This document shows, in pieces, positions 31,699-40,717 of a DNA stretch of 64,000 nucleotides. The position numbers were made by a program, and so were the translations under genes. Position 1 is the stretch's first letter. Each line of letters begins with the position of its first letter. Under the pieces are notes generated by a model. The model was not told the origin of the DNA and made no database searches. It was given only the letters and a program-made list of their open reading frames with translations. Source of the DNA: an uncultured candidatus Porisulfidus sp. (GTDB lineage Bacteria; Pseudomonadota; Gammaproteobacteria; Poriferisulfidales; Oxydemutatoraceae); assembly GCA_965215125.1 (NCBI GenBank), contig OZ244052.1, positions 928,001-992,000 on the forward strand. Direction: 5' to 3'.

Positions 31699-32811
31699 AT
31701 GACAACACAAACTTCCGAAATAACGTTGCGGCATTGCATACAAAAGGTTGCAACAGGTCCCGAATATAGCAAAGATTTGAACTTTGAAGAATCGTATTCG
31801 GCAATGAGGCAAATACTAGATGATGCGGTAGACCCGGTGCAAGCGGGTGTTTTTCTGATTGCACTGAGAATGAAGCGAGAAACCCAAGACGAGAACAAAG
31901 GTGCATTACAAGCTATTCGAGAAACAATGGATATTGTTCCGGCTCCCGTTAAAACCGTTTTGGATATTGCCGATCCGTACGATGGATTTCTACGGCATTT
32001 GCCGATGTCGCCTTTCTTGCCTGCAGTGCTGGCTTCGTGCGAAATCCCTACTTTTGCCCACGGCATAGAGTTGGTGGGTCCCAAGTACGGTGTAACATAC
32101 GCTAAAATTTTGAGAGCTGCAGGCATAAAAACCGATCGGACGACGCGCGATGCCGCCGCATTGTTAGGCGATGTAGGTTGGGCTTATGTTGACCAGAGTC
32201 AATTTTGTCCCTCGCTGCATAAGCTCGAATCGCTACGCAGCAGAATTGTCAAACGTCCTCTGCTAACGACGATAGAGGTTTTGCTAAGCCCGATCAGAGG
32301 AAAGGAAAAAACGCATTATGTTACCGGGTATGTTCATAAGGCATACCCGCCCGTCTATCTAGATTTGGCACGCTTTTTATCCTTTAATTCTGCAGCGGTG
32401 GTGAAGGGCAACGAGGGAGGAATTATACCTTCGTTAAAGCAGCCGTCGCGTTTGTTTGAGTATCATGGGGATGCAGAGATACAACCTCGTGACTTGGATC
32501 CCGATAGTTGCGGGCGGAAACAAAACGTCAGAGCGGTTCCGGTTCCGGACGATTTGCCTAAGGCATCGGTGCAAAGCGATGATATCGGTGCCGCCTTGGA
32601 CGTAGACAGCATGGCATCGATTACTGCGGAAGTCGGCATCCGTGCCTTGGAAGGTGAAAAAGGCATAGCACTTGATAGCCTAATCTATGGAGGTGCTATT
32701 ATATTGTCTCACTTGCGCAAGCAAACATCTTTGAACGAAGCTGCAAAAACGATTGCTAAACAAATCGACAACGGCGAGGCATACGCTCGTTTTAAGGCGG
32801 CACTTGATTAA
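31699..32811 (+). CDS. Anthranilate phosphoribosyltransferase-like (TrpD2/YbiB-like) protein found in sulfur oxidisers
   Basis: IQKVATGPEYSKDL, FLIALRMKRET, PYDG, GYVHKAY. Confidence 0.7.
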   Translation: MTTQTSEITLRHCIQKVATGPEYSKDLNFEESYSAMRQILDDAVDPVQAGVFLIALRMKRETQDENKGALQAIRETMDIVPAPVKTVLDIADPYDGFLRHLPMSPFLPAVLASCEIPTFAHGIELVGPKYGVTYAKILRAAGIKTDRTTRDAAALLGDVGWAYVDQSQFCPSLHKLESLRSRIVKRPLLTTIEVLLSPIRGKEKTHYVTGYVHKAYPPVYLDLARFLSFNSAAVVKGNEGGIIPSLKQPSRLFEYHGDAEIQPRDLDPDSCGRKQNVRAVPVPDDLPKASVQSDDIGAALDVDSMASITAEVGIRALEGEKGIALDSLIYGGAIILSHLRKQTSLNEAAKTIAKQIDNGEAYARFKAALD

Positions 32812-32828
32812 TATAAAAAAGGAGAAAC

Positions 32829-33020
32829 ATGGACAAGTTTTATAGAGAAGCTACGGCTAAAATGGAAGAAGCGGGTGTTCAACCCGACTATATCATCGGC
32901 TGGCAAATCGGTTATTTGGGACATCCCGAGCGCGAAGAGCAGCGCGCAAGCGATGCTTATACGGCAGGCTATAAAGACGGGGCGGAAAAATCTTTAGATA
33001 ATTTTTCGTCTTGGTTGTAA
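32829..33020 (+). CDS. Alvin_2107-like small protein associated with sulfur-globule oxidation
   Basis: KME..GV..DYI.GW..GYL.HP.REEQR...AY.AGY.DG pattern. Confidence 0.7.
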   Translation: MDKFYREATAKMEEAGVQPDYIIGWQIGYLGHPEREEQRASDAYTAGYKDGAEKSLDNFSSWL

Positions 33021-33170
33021 GGGTGGTCCATTCCCCTCCTTGTAGGGGCGGACTTGTATGTCCGCCCTTAGGGTGGCAGGCGCAGCCTGACGGGGTGGTC
33101 GCCGCAGTTCTGCACAATGTCATGCCGATTAACCTACCGGCTCAATCGGCGGTTTCACTCGGCGGTTCCA
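33021..33170. repeat. Mosaic palindromic repeat (GTAG-REP nested in the CCCCTCC/GGAGGGG module, plus a GCCGATT hairpin)
   Basis: CATTCCCCTCCT[GTAGGGGCGGACTTGTATGTCCGCCCT]AGGGTGGCAGGCGCAGCCTGACGGGGTGGT. Confidence 0.85.
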
Positions 33171-33171
33171 T

Positions 33172-33915
33172 TTAGAAAGTATAGCCGAATAGTTCGATGT
33201 CTTTTTTGTATTTTTTTGCTACAAGTTCACGCATTCTGTCGTCATATGCATCTTTATAATAGCTGGGGCTACTACTTTGTTTTTTTTCAGAGAGGATTTC
33301 CGAGGCATCAAAATCCGGTGCTATTTTTTGAAGGACAGTTTGCATGTCCGGTTGAAAGTTTTCAAACCGTCCCAAAAAATCGAGTTTTTCCAATTCAAAA
33401 AAATAATGTTGGGGTAGAAAGTGTGGATCACACCGATGATCCGGTATTTTTGCTACAAAATCAACAAAATCCTCAAATTGCATATCCTTGAATTTCAAGT
33501 CACCGTATCGTCTTATAAAATCTTTGAATTCTCCTTTCTCGTCATAGTACGGATTACTTTTAGGGAAAAATCTCGGGGGGTCATAAACTTTATTCTTATA
33601 ACAAGAAAACAGCCTATCCCATGGATTTCTGACAAAGGAAAAGCGGTAATAATCGGCATAACAAGCTACATTTGATGCTTTTATAGTGAGTCGTTTTATT
33701 GCCGGATTTTTATTGTGTACACCTAGACCGGTAGTTTCTACATTATTCAATTTTGCTATACATGTCTTAATCGTTGTGCAAGCTACCTTAGGAACCGAAT
33801 AGTATATCAGCCTATATTGATCCGAGTAGGTGGCAATCTTCATCGATTGCGTAGGATTTCGCAACTTAAGGGCTGATTTAGCCGTAGATACCAATTTATT
33901 TATTTTTGTATTCAT
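33172..33915 (-). CDS. Sulfotransferase family 2 protein
   Basis: 5'-PSB VPKVACT, 3'-PB FVRNPWDRLFSCY, HFLPQ, Y..D..LFGY. Confidence 0.85.
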   Translation of the reverse strand: MNTKINKLVSTAKSALKLRNPTQSMKIATYSDQYRLIYYSVPKVACTTIKTCIAKLNNVETTGLGVHNKNPAIKRLTIKASNVACYADYYRFSFVRNPWDRLFSCYKNKVYDPPRFFPKSNPYYDEKGEFKDFIRRYGDLKFKDMQFEDFVDFVAKIPDHRCDPHFLPQHYFFELEKLDFLGRFENFQPDMQTVLQKIAPDFDASEILSEKKQSSSPSYYKDAYDDRMRELVAKKYKKDIELFGYTF

Positions 33916-33923
33916 CTTAGAAC

Positions 33924-34484
33924 TTATGAAGTTGAATCCGAGAGAAAGTTATTCAAAATCTTTAGTAGATTAAAGTGTATATTATAAGCCACTATATCCA
34001 ATATGTAGGTGGCAGTCCACTTGCGATTCTCACCGCGCATTATTTCGCTCACGTAGTCTCCTAATACACGCCGCATGTCAAAGCCGGGTTCTCGTTCGTA
34101 TTTACATTCGGAGTATTTATCCGTGCGATCATTCAACAATGTCAGAAAAGGTATATTTCCGTTTGTTGTAGCTTTTGTGTCCAGGCGGTTATCTTGGATA
34201 ATTCCTGCTAAATGTTGTGCGGTTTGGGATACTATTCTTTGCCTTTCCGGTGATCGTGATGAATTATATATATATCTATCCAATAAATGAATGGCATACG
34301 CTGCAAATTCGGAGAGTATATCCAGTCGTTGCGAGTTGCTCTCGGTAGCAAAACCTTCGTTCTCCATGTTCAACAATGATTCGGTGATAATACGCCATAT
34401 ATTAGTGCTGATAACACTTGCGGTTTCACTGTGCGTTCTAGCACCTTTGTCCAAATTCCAATTAGTTTTTAATCTAACAACCAT
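33924..34484 (-). CDS. Conserved hypothetical protein
   Basis: 186-aa ORF, divergent from the dsrS-like gene. Confidence 0.6.
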   Translation of the reverse strand: MVVRLKTNWNLDKGARTHSETASVISTNIWRIITESLLNMENEGFATESNSQRLDILSEFAAYAIHLLDRYIYNSSRSPERQRIVSQTAQHLAGIIQDNRLDTKATTNGNIPFLTLLNDRTDKYSECKYEREPGFDMRRVLGDYVSEIMRGENRKWTATYILDIVAYNIHFNLLKILNNFLSDSTS

Positions 34485-34585
34485 TCTTTCAAAAATAAAG
34501 TATTATAAGTTTTTTACGGCATTTAGAACACCATGTTTGATGAACACAGAGATATTATATAAACTTTTTATTAACTCTTTACGGG

Positions 34586-35632
34586 ATGATGGATCACTCT
34601 ATTAGAAATTTACGCGATGCCGTGCAGCATAACTGCAACATTTCCGATGCGTGTTATGCCGGCACTTACACGATATGCGTCTATCTTTTGAAAATGCGAG
34701 AATACTTTCGTTGGGAGAAGGGTTATGACTTCGGGGTATCTCTGGATCAATCGGAGTTAGGTGCGTGGCTTTGTGGCCGGGAGGCCGAATGGGAGTCTAT
34801 AGAAAATGAAGATTTTCAACCTTTGTTTATCAACGGTCAAATGTTCAACCCCTTTGATACCGAGGCGATTAACGAGCATTTACTCTCTCAAGGTTACATC
34901 TATTCGGGTGGCATAGGAGCAAAATCAATACCGCACTTTTTTATTGCCGAGTATGAATCTCAAAGTTCTTATGGAGATTATCAAGTGCTAATATCTTCAA
35001 AGGAATACGCAAGAGATCTAACCGCACCACCCGGCATGTCTCTGGCAAAGACGATCTTTATTAGAAAAGAGTCGCTGAAGAGAATGATTTGGGAGAAGCT
35101 CAACGAATGGTATTGGAACCGTCCCCACAATGCGATGGAGGCGGCACTCTCGTATTATGATTTTGACAATAATCTAGAAGATGCCCTTGAGCGGATGACC
35201 AAGGCTGAAACAGAAACGGTTCTTTTACACGAAATAGGGGAGCTGGAGGCACACCGTTATCTTCCCAACGACTGGCATCGGATATTACACCAGTGCGGTG
35301 CTTCGAAGATAGAGCTGCTAATCCGCGCAATGAAGGACAATTTAGCCGACAGCATTGTGCTGTTGCCTACCTTAGTCTCGCAACAAAAGTCGGCATCTAT
35401 ACATTTTTATATAGCGAACATGAGTGCTATGCGCAAAGCGTTATGCCCCATGTTAGTCAATGCCTATCAAAGCTGGACACAAAGCAATGATTTTTCATCG
35501 TTAGAATCGTGGTTGTCTCCGGCGAAGAAGCATTGGCAGGAGAAAGTATGTGATCTATTGGAATTATCCGTAGAGGGAAATAATAGGGATAAGCAAAACA
35601 CCGAAGATTTAATAACCCGATATGCTTTCTAG
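34586..35632 (+). CDS. dsrS: DsrS-like (Sfum_1244-family) protein
   Basis: VQHNCNISDA..AG.Y..C.YLLKMREYFRWE, LHEIGE; recognised from memory and supported by dsr context. Confidence 0.6.
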   Translation: MMDHSIRNLRDAVQHNCNISDACYAGTYTICVYLLKMREYFRWEKGYDFGVSLDQSELGAWLCGREAEWESIENEDFQPLFINGQMFNPFDTEAINEHLLSQGYIYSGGIGAKSIPHFFIAEYESQSSYGDYQVLISSKEYARDLTAPPGMSLAKTIFIRKESLKRMIWEKLNEWYWNRPHNAMEAALSYYDFDNNLEDALERMTKAETETVLLHEIGELEAHRYLPNDWHRILHQCGASKIELLIRAMKDNLADSIVLLPTLVSQQKSASIHFYIANMSAMRKALCPMLVNAYQSWTQSNDFSSLESWLSPAKKHWQEKVCDLLELSVEGNNRDKQNTEDLITRYAF

Positions 35633-35643
35633 TACCTCATACG

Positions 35644-36249
35644 ATGTGCAGTCAAAAAACTAGAATGCCGCTCAAAACAATATCCGAAGTCAAGCTCAAC
35701 TCTTTTATTTTTGAGAAACATAATGCGCTCTCGGAATCGTTATGCGAAAAAATGATTCATCGTTTTGAAGAGAACACCGACGAGCAATTTGTCGGGCGCA
35801 TCGGTCAAGTCGCAGTGCAAAATTTAGCCGTCAAACGTTCAACCGATTTGTTAATTAGCGGTAAACAACAATGGAAAGATATAGATCGCGCATTGTTTCA
35901 ATCCCTGGCTTGTGCAATGAGAGAATTTAGGGCTACATTCCCTTATTTTTCCGGTCGCTTCAAGGATATGGGTTACGGCATGCAGCGTACCCGAGACGAC
36001 GAATATTACCATTGGCATATAGACGGCGGTAGCCATGATTTCAGCAATCGCCAACTGGTTGCTATTTGGTACTTAAACGATGTGCCCGGACCCGGCGGTG
36101 AGACCGAGTTTCTATTTCAGCAGCTTCGCATCAAACCCGAGCAGGGTAAATTACTTTTATTTCCTCCTTTTTGGACCCACGAACATAGAGGTGTGATTTT
36201 GCAGAAGGGTGTAAAATACATTGCTACGACTTGGATCGTGTTTGCCTAG
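35644..36249 (+). CDS. 2OG-Fe(II) oxygenase
   Basis: WHID, WYLND...GGET.F, FPPFWTHEHRG, KYI.T.W. Confidence 0.88.
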   Translation: MCSQKTRMPLKTISEVKLNSFIFEKHNALSESLCEKMIHRFEENTDEQFVGRIGQVAVQNLAVKRSTDLLISGKQQWKDIDRALFQSLACAMREFRATFPYFSGRFKDMGYGMQRTRDDEYYHWHIDGGSHDFSNRQLVAIWYLNDVPGPGGETEFLFQQLRIKPEQGKLLLFPPFWTHEHRGVILQKGVKYIATTWIVFA

Positions 36250-36319
36250 GAAGCACGGAACATGAAATTTCAATCGTAGTCGGGATAACGAACAGGTAAC
36301 TAAGGAAAGGAACACATAG

Positions 36320-36658
36320 ATGAGCGATGTATCTAAAATTTCATTAGAGGATAGCGGATGTGAAGTAAGCGAGCCCTTTGCTTTGCGCGTCTTGGGAGAC
36401 AGCATGTTTCCCGAGTTTCCGGATGGTTCTATTATTATCATAGACCCTGCCAATAAAGCGCAGGATGGCAATTACATTATCGCCGAGGTAGAGGGGGAAT
36501 TTATTTTTAGGCAGCTTTGCATAGAGGAAGGAAAATATCTCATTAAAGCGTTAAACCCCGGTTATCCTACATTGGATATAACCGATAAGCCGAACATCAA
36601 GGGTGTCGTTACACAACGAGCAGGCACTCGGCGCAAACATAGAAAGCACTACTTCTAG
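36320..36658 (+). CDS. S24-family peptidase domain protein
   Basis: FALRVLGDSMFPEFPDG; the catalytic Lys position appears to be Arg (FIFRQL). Confidence 0.75.
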   Translation: MSDVSKISLEDSGCEVSEPFALRVLGDSMFPEFPDGSIIIIDPANKAQDGNYIIAEVEGEFIFRQLCIEEGKYLIKALNPGYPTLDITDKPNIKGVVTQRAGTRRKHRKHYF

Positions 36659-36721
36659 CTTATTCACCAATTTACCTAAGCCACCTCCCTAAAAGGAATG
36701 GTTCGCTCGAAACGCAATGCG

Positions 36722-37060
36722 CTAATCTATATTGGTTGGTGGCACGTAGGACGGGTCGTTGGGGTTTAGGAATATAAAGTTGTATTGTCCTTTTTCCAGC
36801 TCTACATAATCTATGGTCATATTTTTGATCATGCCGAGCATGGCACTATTGATGACGATATTGACATTATTACTCTGTAGCTTAAGATCGTCTTCGTGGT
36901 TTTGATCGTCTATACCCATCGCATAATGAAAACTGCCGTCTGCATTGCGCATCACAGCCAATCTTAGATTTACCGTTTTTGCTTCTTCCGGTTTTATGGA
37001 TTGTTGTATTTGTTGCGCCGCAATGTCGGTGATTTTTATAATATTATCGTCTCTACTCAT
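36722..37060 (-). CDS. dsrR: DsrR (IscA/HesB-like fold lacking the Cys ligands)
   Basis: LRLAV.RN.DGS..Y.MG.DD...IDYVELE.GQ..FIFLNP.DP.Y.PP; no cysteines. Confidence 0.8.
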   Translation of the reverse strand: MSRDDNIIKITDIAAQQIQQSIKPEEAKTVNLRLAVMRNADGSFHYAMGIDDQNHEDDLKLQSNNVNIVINSAMLGMIKNMTIDYVELEKGQYNFIFLNPNDPSYVPPTNID

Positions 37061-37712
37061 GGTTCGTTCTATAGTCTTTCAATCCTAATGCCGAAATCGT
37101 TTTGCCAAGTAATTTTCTTGATGCTTTGATCTCGGGTTGGTTTATGTGCCCGGCTAAAACAGCGATAAACTCCCCACCGGCTCGCTCGAAGTCATCGTTC
37201 ACAATAGTATAATTGTATTCGCTGAAATGTTCCGCTTCGGAAATCGCTTGTTTCATGCGTGCATCAATCACTTTTACAGTATCTTGTGCGCGTTTCTCCA
37301 GACGTTTACGCAGAGTTGGCAACGAAGGAGGCAAAATGAATATAGAAAAAGTGTTGTCATAACACGCTCTTATTTGCCTAGCACCCTGCCAGTCTATTTC
37401 CATTACGATAGTGTGTCCTTGAGCCAATGTATTTTCTATATAGGATTTTGATGTACCGTAGTATTCGTTGTATACCAGCGCATGTTCAATAAAATCGTTT
37501 TGTTCAATCATTTCTCTAAAAGTTTTTTTATCGACAAAATAATAATCTTGTCCCTCTATTTCATCGGGCCTAGGACGGCGAGTTGTATGCGATATGGATA
37601 GTTTTAGGCTATTTAACTCTTTCAATGCTTCTTTGATTAGACTGGTTTTGCCGCTGCCGGACGGCGCAGACACTACAAAAAGGCGGTTATTATCAGGAAT
37701 TTCGAGTCTCAT
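37053..37712 (-). CDS. gmk: Guanylate kinase
   Basis: SAPSGSGKTSL, SHTTR.PR..E..G.DY, EIDWQGA, ILPPS. Confidence 0.96.
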   Translation of the reverse strand: MRLEIPDNNRLFVVSAPSGSGKTSLIKEALKELNSLKLSISHTTRRPRPDEIEGQDYYFVDKKTFREMIEQNDFIEHALVYNEYYGTSKSYIENTLAQGHTIVMEIDWQGARQIRACYDNTFSIFILPPSLPTLRKRLEKRAQDTVKVIDARMKQAISEAEHFSEYNYTIVNDDFERAGGEFIAVLAGHINQPEIKASRKLLGKTISALGLKDYRTNHE

Positions 37713-37885
37713 TAGGTTTGCTTTTTAGGAAATTATAACACGGAGGAAACATCATTCACCTTTTATATAATTCGTCAGGGAATTATATAGTTAACTTGAC
37801 AAAGAAATGTTAAATTATATTGACCTTCCCCCATTTTCAGGGCCAAAACTTAAATGAGATCTGTATTATAAGTCACCTCTGTGCC

Positions 37886-38098
37886 TTATGCTAATAAAAT
37901 CTTAAATAAAGCTAGATTTCCAAGCTCGCATTCCAATATGGGTTGGTTATTCTCGTTCAGTGGCAATTTAGACAAAATCCTATGTTGTTGCCTAAATTGA
38001 AGTCTTGCAACTAAAAAACCAGCCTCATAATGCGCCTTTAAGCGACGATCTCTAGTCGAGATGACCTCTACTAGCTGCTGATTTTTAGCTCGTTTCAT
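37886..38098 (-). CDS. Small ORF inside the IS3 downstream end (possible passenger)
   Basis: 70-aa ORF between the orfB stop and the TIR. Confidence 0.3.
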   Translation of the reverse strand: MKRAKNQQLVEVISTRDRRLKAHYEAGFLVARLQFRQQHRILSKLPLNENNQPILECELGNLALFKILLA

Positions 38099-38119
38099 AA
38101 CTACTAAACAAGCCTTACG

Positions 38120-38938
38120 CTACGCAACACGTGTGGCGAATGCTACCGGGGTCATATAATCTAATGAGCTATGCGGGCGTTCATGGTTATAGTGGTATCG
38201 CCACTGTTCAATAATATGACGCACTTCCTGAAGGCTGCGGAACCAGTGCTGGTTAAGGCAATTGTCTCTAAACTTACCGTTCAGGCTTTCCACCAAAGCA
38301 TTCTGGGTCGGTTTACCCGGTTGAATAAAGTATAGTTCCACGCCGCTATCTTGCGACCAGACCTGCATCTTTTTACTAGTGAACTCCGGCCCGTTGTCGC
38401 AGACGATGCTTTGCGGACAACCTCGCTCGGCGATGAGTTGCTCTAAACATCTCACCACTTGCCCACTGCTAATCGAAAAACCAGCGAATTGACCGATCAG
38501 TTCGCGACTGTAATCGTCCATCACATTGAATATCCTAAACGACCTGCCGTCGCTTAACCGATCATGCACAAAGTCCATTGACCAGCGACAATTCACCTGT
38601 TCAGGCAATGCCTGCCGTTGCCTCGTGCGGATGAGCTTCTTGCGCAGTCTTTTGGGTACTTGCAGTCTCGCTTCTTTGTAGATGCGGTGAACCCGTTTTT
38701 TATTCACTACAAAGCCTGCCTCTCGTAGCAAACGGTAGAGTAGCAAATAGCCATAGCGTGGATACTTGCTTGCCAACTCGCACAAGCGACTTCTAATCTC
38801 TGCATCACAACGCGGCTGTGCTTGATAGTGATAACTACTACGGCTTATCCCGACCAGCTCGCAACTGCGCCTCTCACTCAAACTCCAATGAGTATTCAGC
38901 TCTGCAACAACGCTTCTTTTGCTTGCCGGGGTCACCAC
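38120..38938 (-). CDS. IS3 transposase OrfB (integrase core)
   Basis: WSMDF, CDNGPEF, PGKPTQNALVESLNG, YN.ERPHSSL. Confidence 0.93.
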   Translation of the reverse strand: MVTPASKRSVVAELNTHWSLSERRSCELVGISRSSYHYQAQPRCDAEIRSRLCELASKYPRYGYLLLYRLLREAGFVVNKKRVHRIYKEARLQVPKRLRKKLIRTRQRQALPEQVNCRWSMDFVHDRLSDGRSFRIFNVMDDYSRELIGQFAGFSISSGQVVRCLEQLIAERGCPQSIVCDNGPEFTSKKMQVWSQDSGVELYFIQPGKPTQNALVESLNGKFRDNCLNQHWFRSLQEVRHIIEQWRYHYNHERPHSSLDYMTPVAFATRVA

Positions 38939-39195
38939 TTTTTTGATAGCACATCCTTGAGGGCGGTGATTTCTAATAGTTGCTCGCCGAGTAGTTTCTT
39001 GAGTCGGTTATTCTCCGATACAAGGTTCTTTAATCGCTTGGCATCATTGACTTCTAACCCGGCATATTTGCTACGCCAGTTGTAAAAGGTGCCATGCGCT
39101 ATACCGAGTTCTCGGCAAATGTCCTCTGTGCTGCGACCTGCCTCGTGCGATTTGATCGCACCGATAATTTGCTCTTCTGTATATCGTTTATTCAT
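38932..39195 (-). CDS. IS3 transposase OrfA (HTH)
   Basis: RYTEEQII...ICRELGI...TFYNWRSKY..ENNRLKKL; ends at AAAAAAG slippery site. Confidence 0.93.
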   Translation of the reverse strand: MNKRYTEEQIIGAIKSHEAGRSTEDICRELGIAHGTFYNWRSKYAGLEVNDAKRLKNLVSENNRLKKLLGEQLLEITALKDVLSKKW

Positions 39196-39278
39196 TTTGA
39201 AACCTCCTGTTGTTTACTAATTTAACTGGAAATCTCATCTTTGTCATGGCCCAGTTTTGGGGGGTAAGGTCAATATCA

Positions 39279-39646
39279 ATGCAAACCCATAGAACAATCA
39301 GATACCATTTATACCCGGCGTCACAGAAAAAACACCGGCAATTACATAGGACGGCAGGCGCATGCCGCTATGTTCGGGATCACTTTGTAGCTAAGTTGAA
39401 GGACGAATACGAGTATTACGGCGAGAGCCGGTTTAACTTCTTCACCCTAGGCAAGCAATTTACGACATTAAGAAAGTATTGCGACAAGTGGTTGCAAGGT
39501 TATTCCGCTTATATAGTCAAATCGTCATTACAACCGAAAACATTTTGGCGGCTGGGAGTACCGCAACCGGATGTGGAGACGGCGACAGTGGCAACACAAG
39601 TCGGTCAATGAAGCGTCAAAAAGATAGGGTGGGCAAGGCAGGCTAA
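39279..39646 (+). pseudogene. tnpB: Internally deleted TnpB (RNA-guided endonuclease) remnant
   Basis: N-terminus MQTHRTIRYHLYP...QL.RTAGACRYV...F.LGKQFT.LRK...WL joined out of frame near 39533 to the C-terminus ENILAAG...GCG...SMKRQ...*; RuvC I/II and zinc finger missing. Confidence 0.8.
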
Positions 39647-39769
39647 AAAGTCTGTCAAGTTACCTATATAACTCCCATTCGCCAAATAGGTGTTATACTA
39701 TCGCCTATAATCCGGATTGATCGGTTGGTCAATCCAATACGAAATAGACATTATCGGGAAGGAAATAAA

Positions 39770-40399
39770 ATGAAACTAAAGCTATTTTTAATCGGTTTAT
39801 CGTCAATATTCGCTTTGTCAGGGTGTTCTACAATGTCTGATACCCGGGATTGGTTTTTTGAAGACGATGAAGAAGTCGTTGAAATTTCCATGGAAGATGA
39901 GATGGAGGAGGAATTCGACGAGGAGTTTGATGAAACATTTGACGAAGAGTTTGAAGAGGAATTCGACGAGTTCGAAGAAGAATTTGACGAAGAGTTCGGC
40001 GAAGAATTAGAAGAAGAGTTTGGAGAGGAATATGGGGATGAACCTATTAGAAGACGTGCATCGGGAACTTCTTTACCACGAGCCATTGTTTATTTTGATT
40101 ATAAGAGTACTATAGTCCCGGCAACAAGCCTTAATTTGTTGCAATTACATTCTCAATATCTGATCAACAGCGGTGCTTCCGTTACTTTAGTAGGACACTC
40201 CGATGCGATAGCGTCCAGTCGCTATAACAAGGAGCTCGCATTGAGAAGGGCACAAGCCGTTGCCCAGATATTAGTTCAAATGGGAGTCTCTCCTTCCAGT
40301 ATCAGGACAGAGAGCCGTGGCGAAGACGAATTGGCTGTAGAGGGTGATAGTCCCTATGCGAATGGTATGAATAGACGAGTTGAGCTTCGTTACGAGTAA
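39770..40399 (+). CDS. OmpA/Pal-family lipoprotein with a long acidic linker
   Basis: Lipobox LSGC, VYFDY, GHSD, YN.ELA.RRA.AV, NRRVE; EEFD repeats. Confidence 0.88.
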   Translation: MKLKLFLIGLSSIFALSGCSTMSDTRDWFFEDDEEVVEISMEDEMEEEFDEEFDETFDEEFEEEFDEFEEEFDEEFGEELEEEFGEEYGDEPIRRRASGTSLPRAIVYFDYKSTIVPATSLNLLQLHSQYLINSGASVTLVGHSDAIASSRYNKELALRRAQAVAQILVQMGVSPSSIRTESRGEDELAVEGDSPYANGMNRRVELRYE

Positions 40400-40440
40400 T
40401 CAATCGATTACTCTTCAAGACCACAATTAAACTATGAATT

Positions 40441-40697
40441 GTACGGGAGGACTAGCATGTCCTCTCGTACGGTACCGAATCTTCACAATTAATATCGTCC
40501 ACCATCAAATTGGTGATTATCATAATGGGTTGATGTGCGGAGGTTAAACCCGTACAAGTACTAAACTTAGGGGCGAACATGTTCGCCTCACTCTGAAGTT
40601 GGGTATCGTAATTAGGTGGATGAATGTTTTGATTGTGGCGAGATTATTCAATCGTCACATGGTATGAGGGGTAGGCATGTGAGTCCACCCCTATACC
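40441..40697. repeat. Degenerate REP-like palindromes
   Basis: GTACGGGAGGAC..GTCCTCTCGTAC, TAGGGGCGAACATGTTCGCC, GAGGGGTAGGC..GTCCACCCCTA. Confidence 0.55.
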
Positions 40698-40717
40698 TGT
40701 TAGTAAATTAAAAGTCT

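Larger units (their letters stand above)
37821..39272 (-). mobile_element. IS3-family (IS407-like) insertion sequence
   Basis: TG...CA imperfect TIRs TGACCTT..GGCCA, 4-bp TSD ATAT, orfA/orfB with an A6G frameshift site. Confidence 0.92.
37778..39676 (+). mobile_element. TIR-bounded miniature element carrying a deleted tnpB (443 bp once the nested IS3 is removed)
   Basis: 24-bp TIR GGGA(A/G)TTATATAG(T/G)TAACTTGACA, 22/24 identical (37778-37801 / 39653-39676); 8-bp TSD ATTCGTCA / ATTCGCCA. Confidence 0.8.

Noticed and set aside
36320-36658. S24 protein as a prophage repressor or umuD marking a prophage
   Set aside because: It has no HTH, no umuC and no phage genes nearby; it sits in a sulfur-oxidiser gene cluster.
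39210-39611. 133-aa ORF as an intact gene
   Set aside because: It is chimeric: it starts inside the IS3 end, continues in the tnpB N-terminus and ends out of frame after the deletion.
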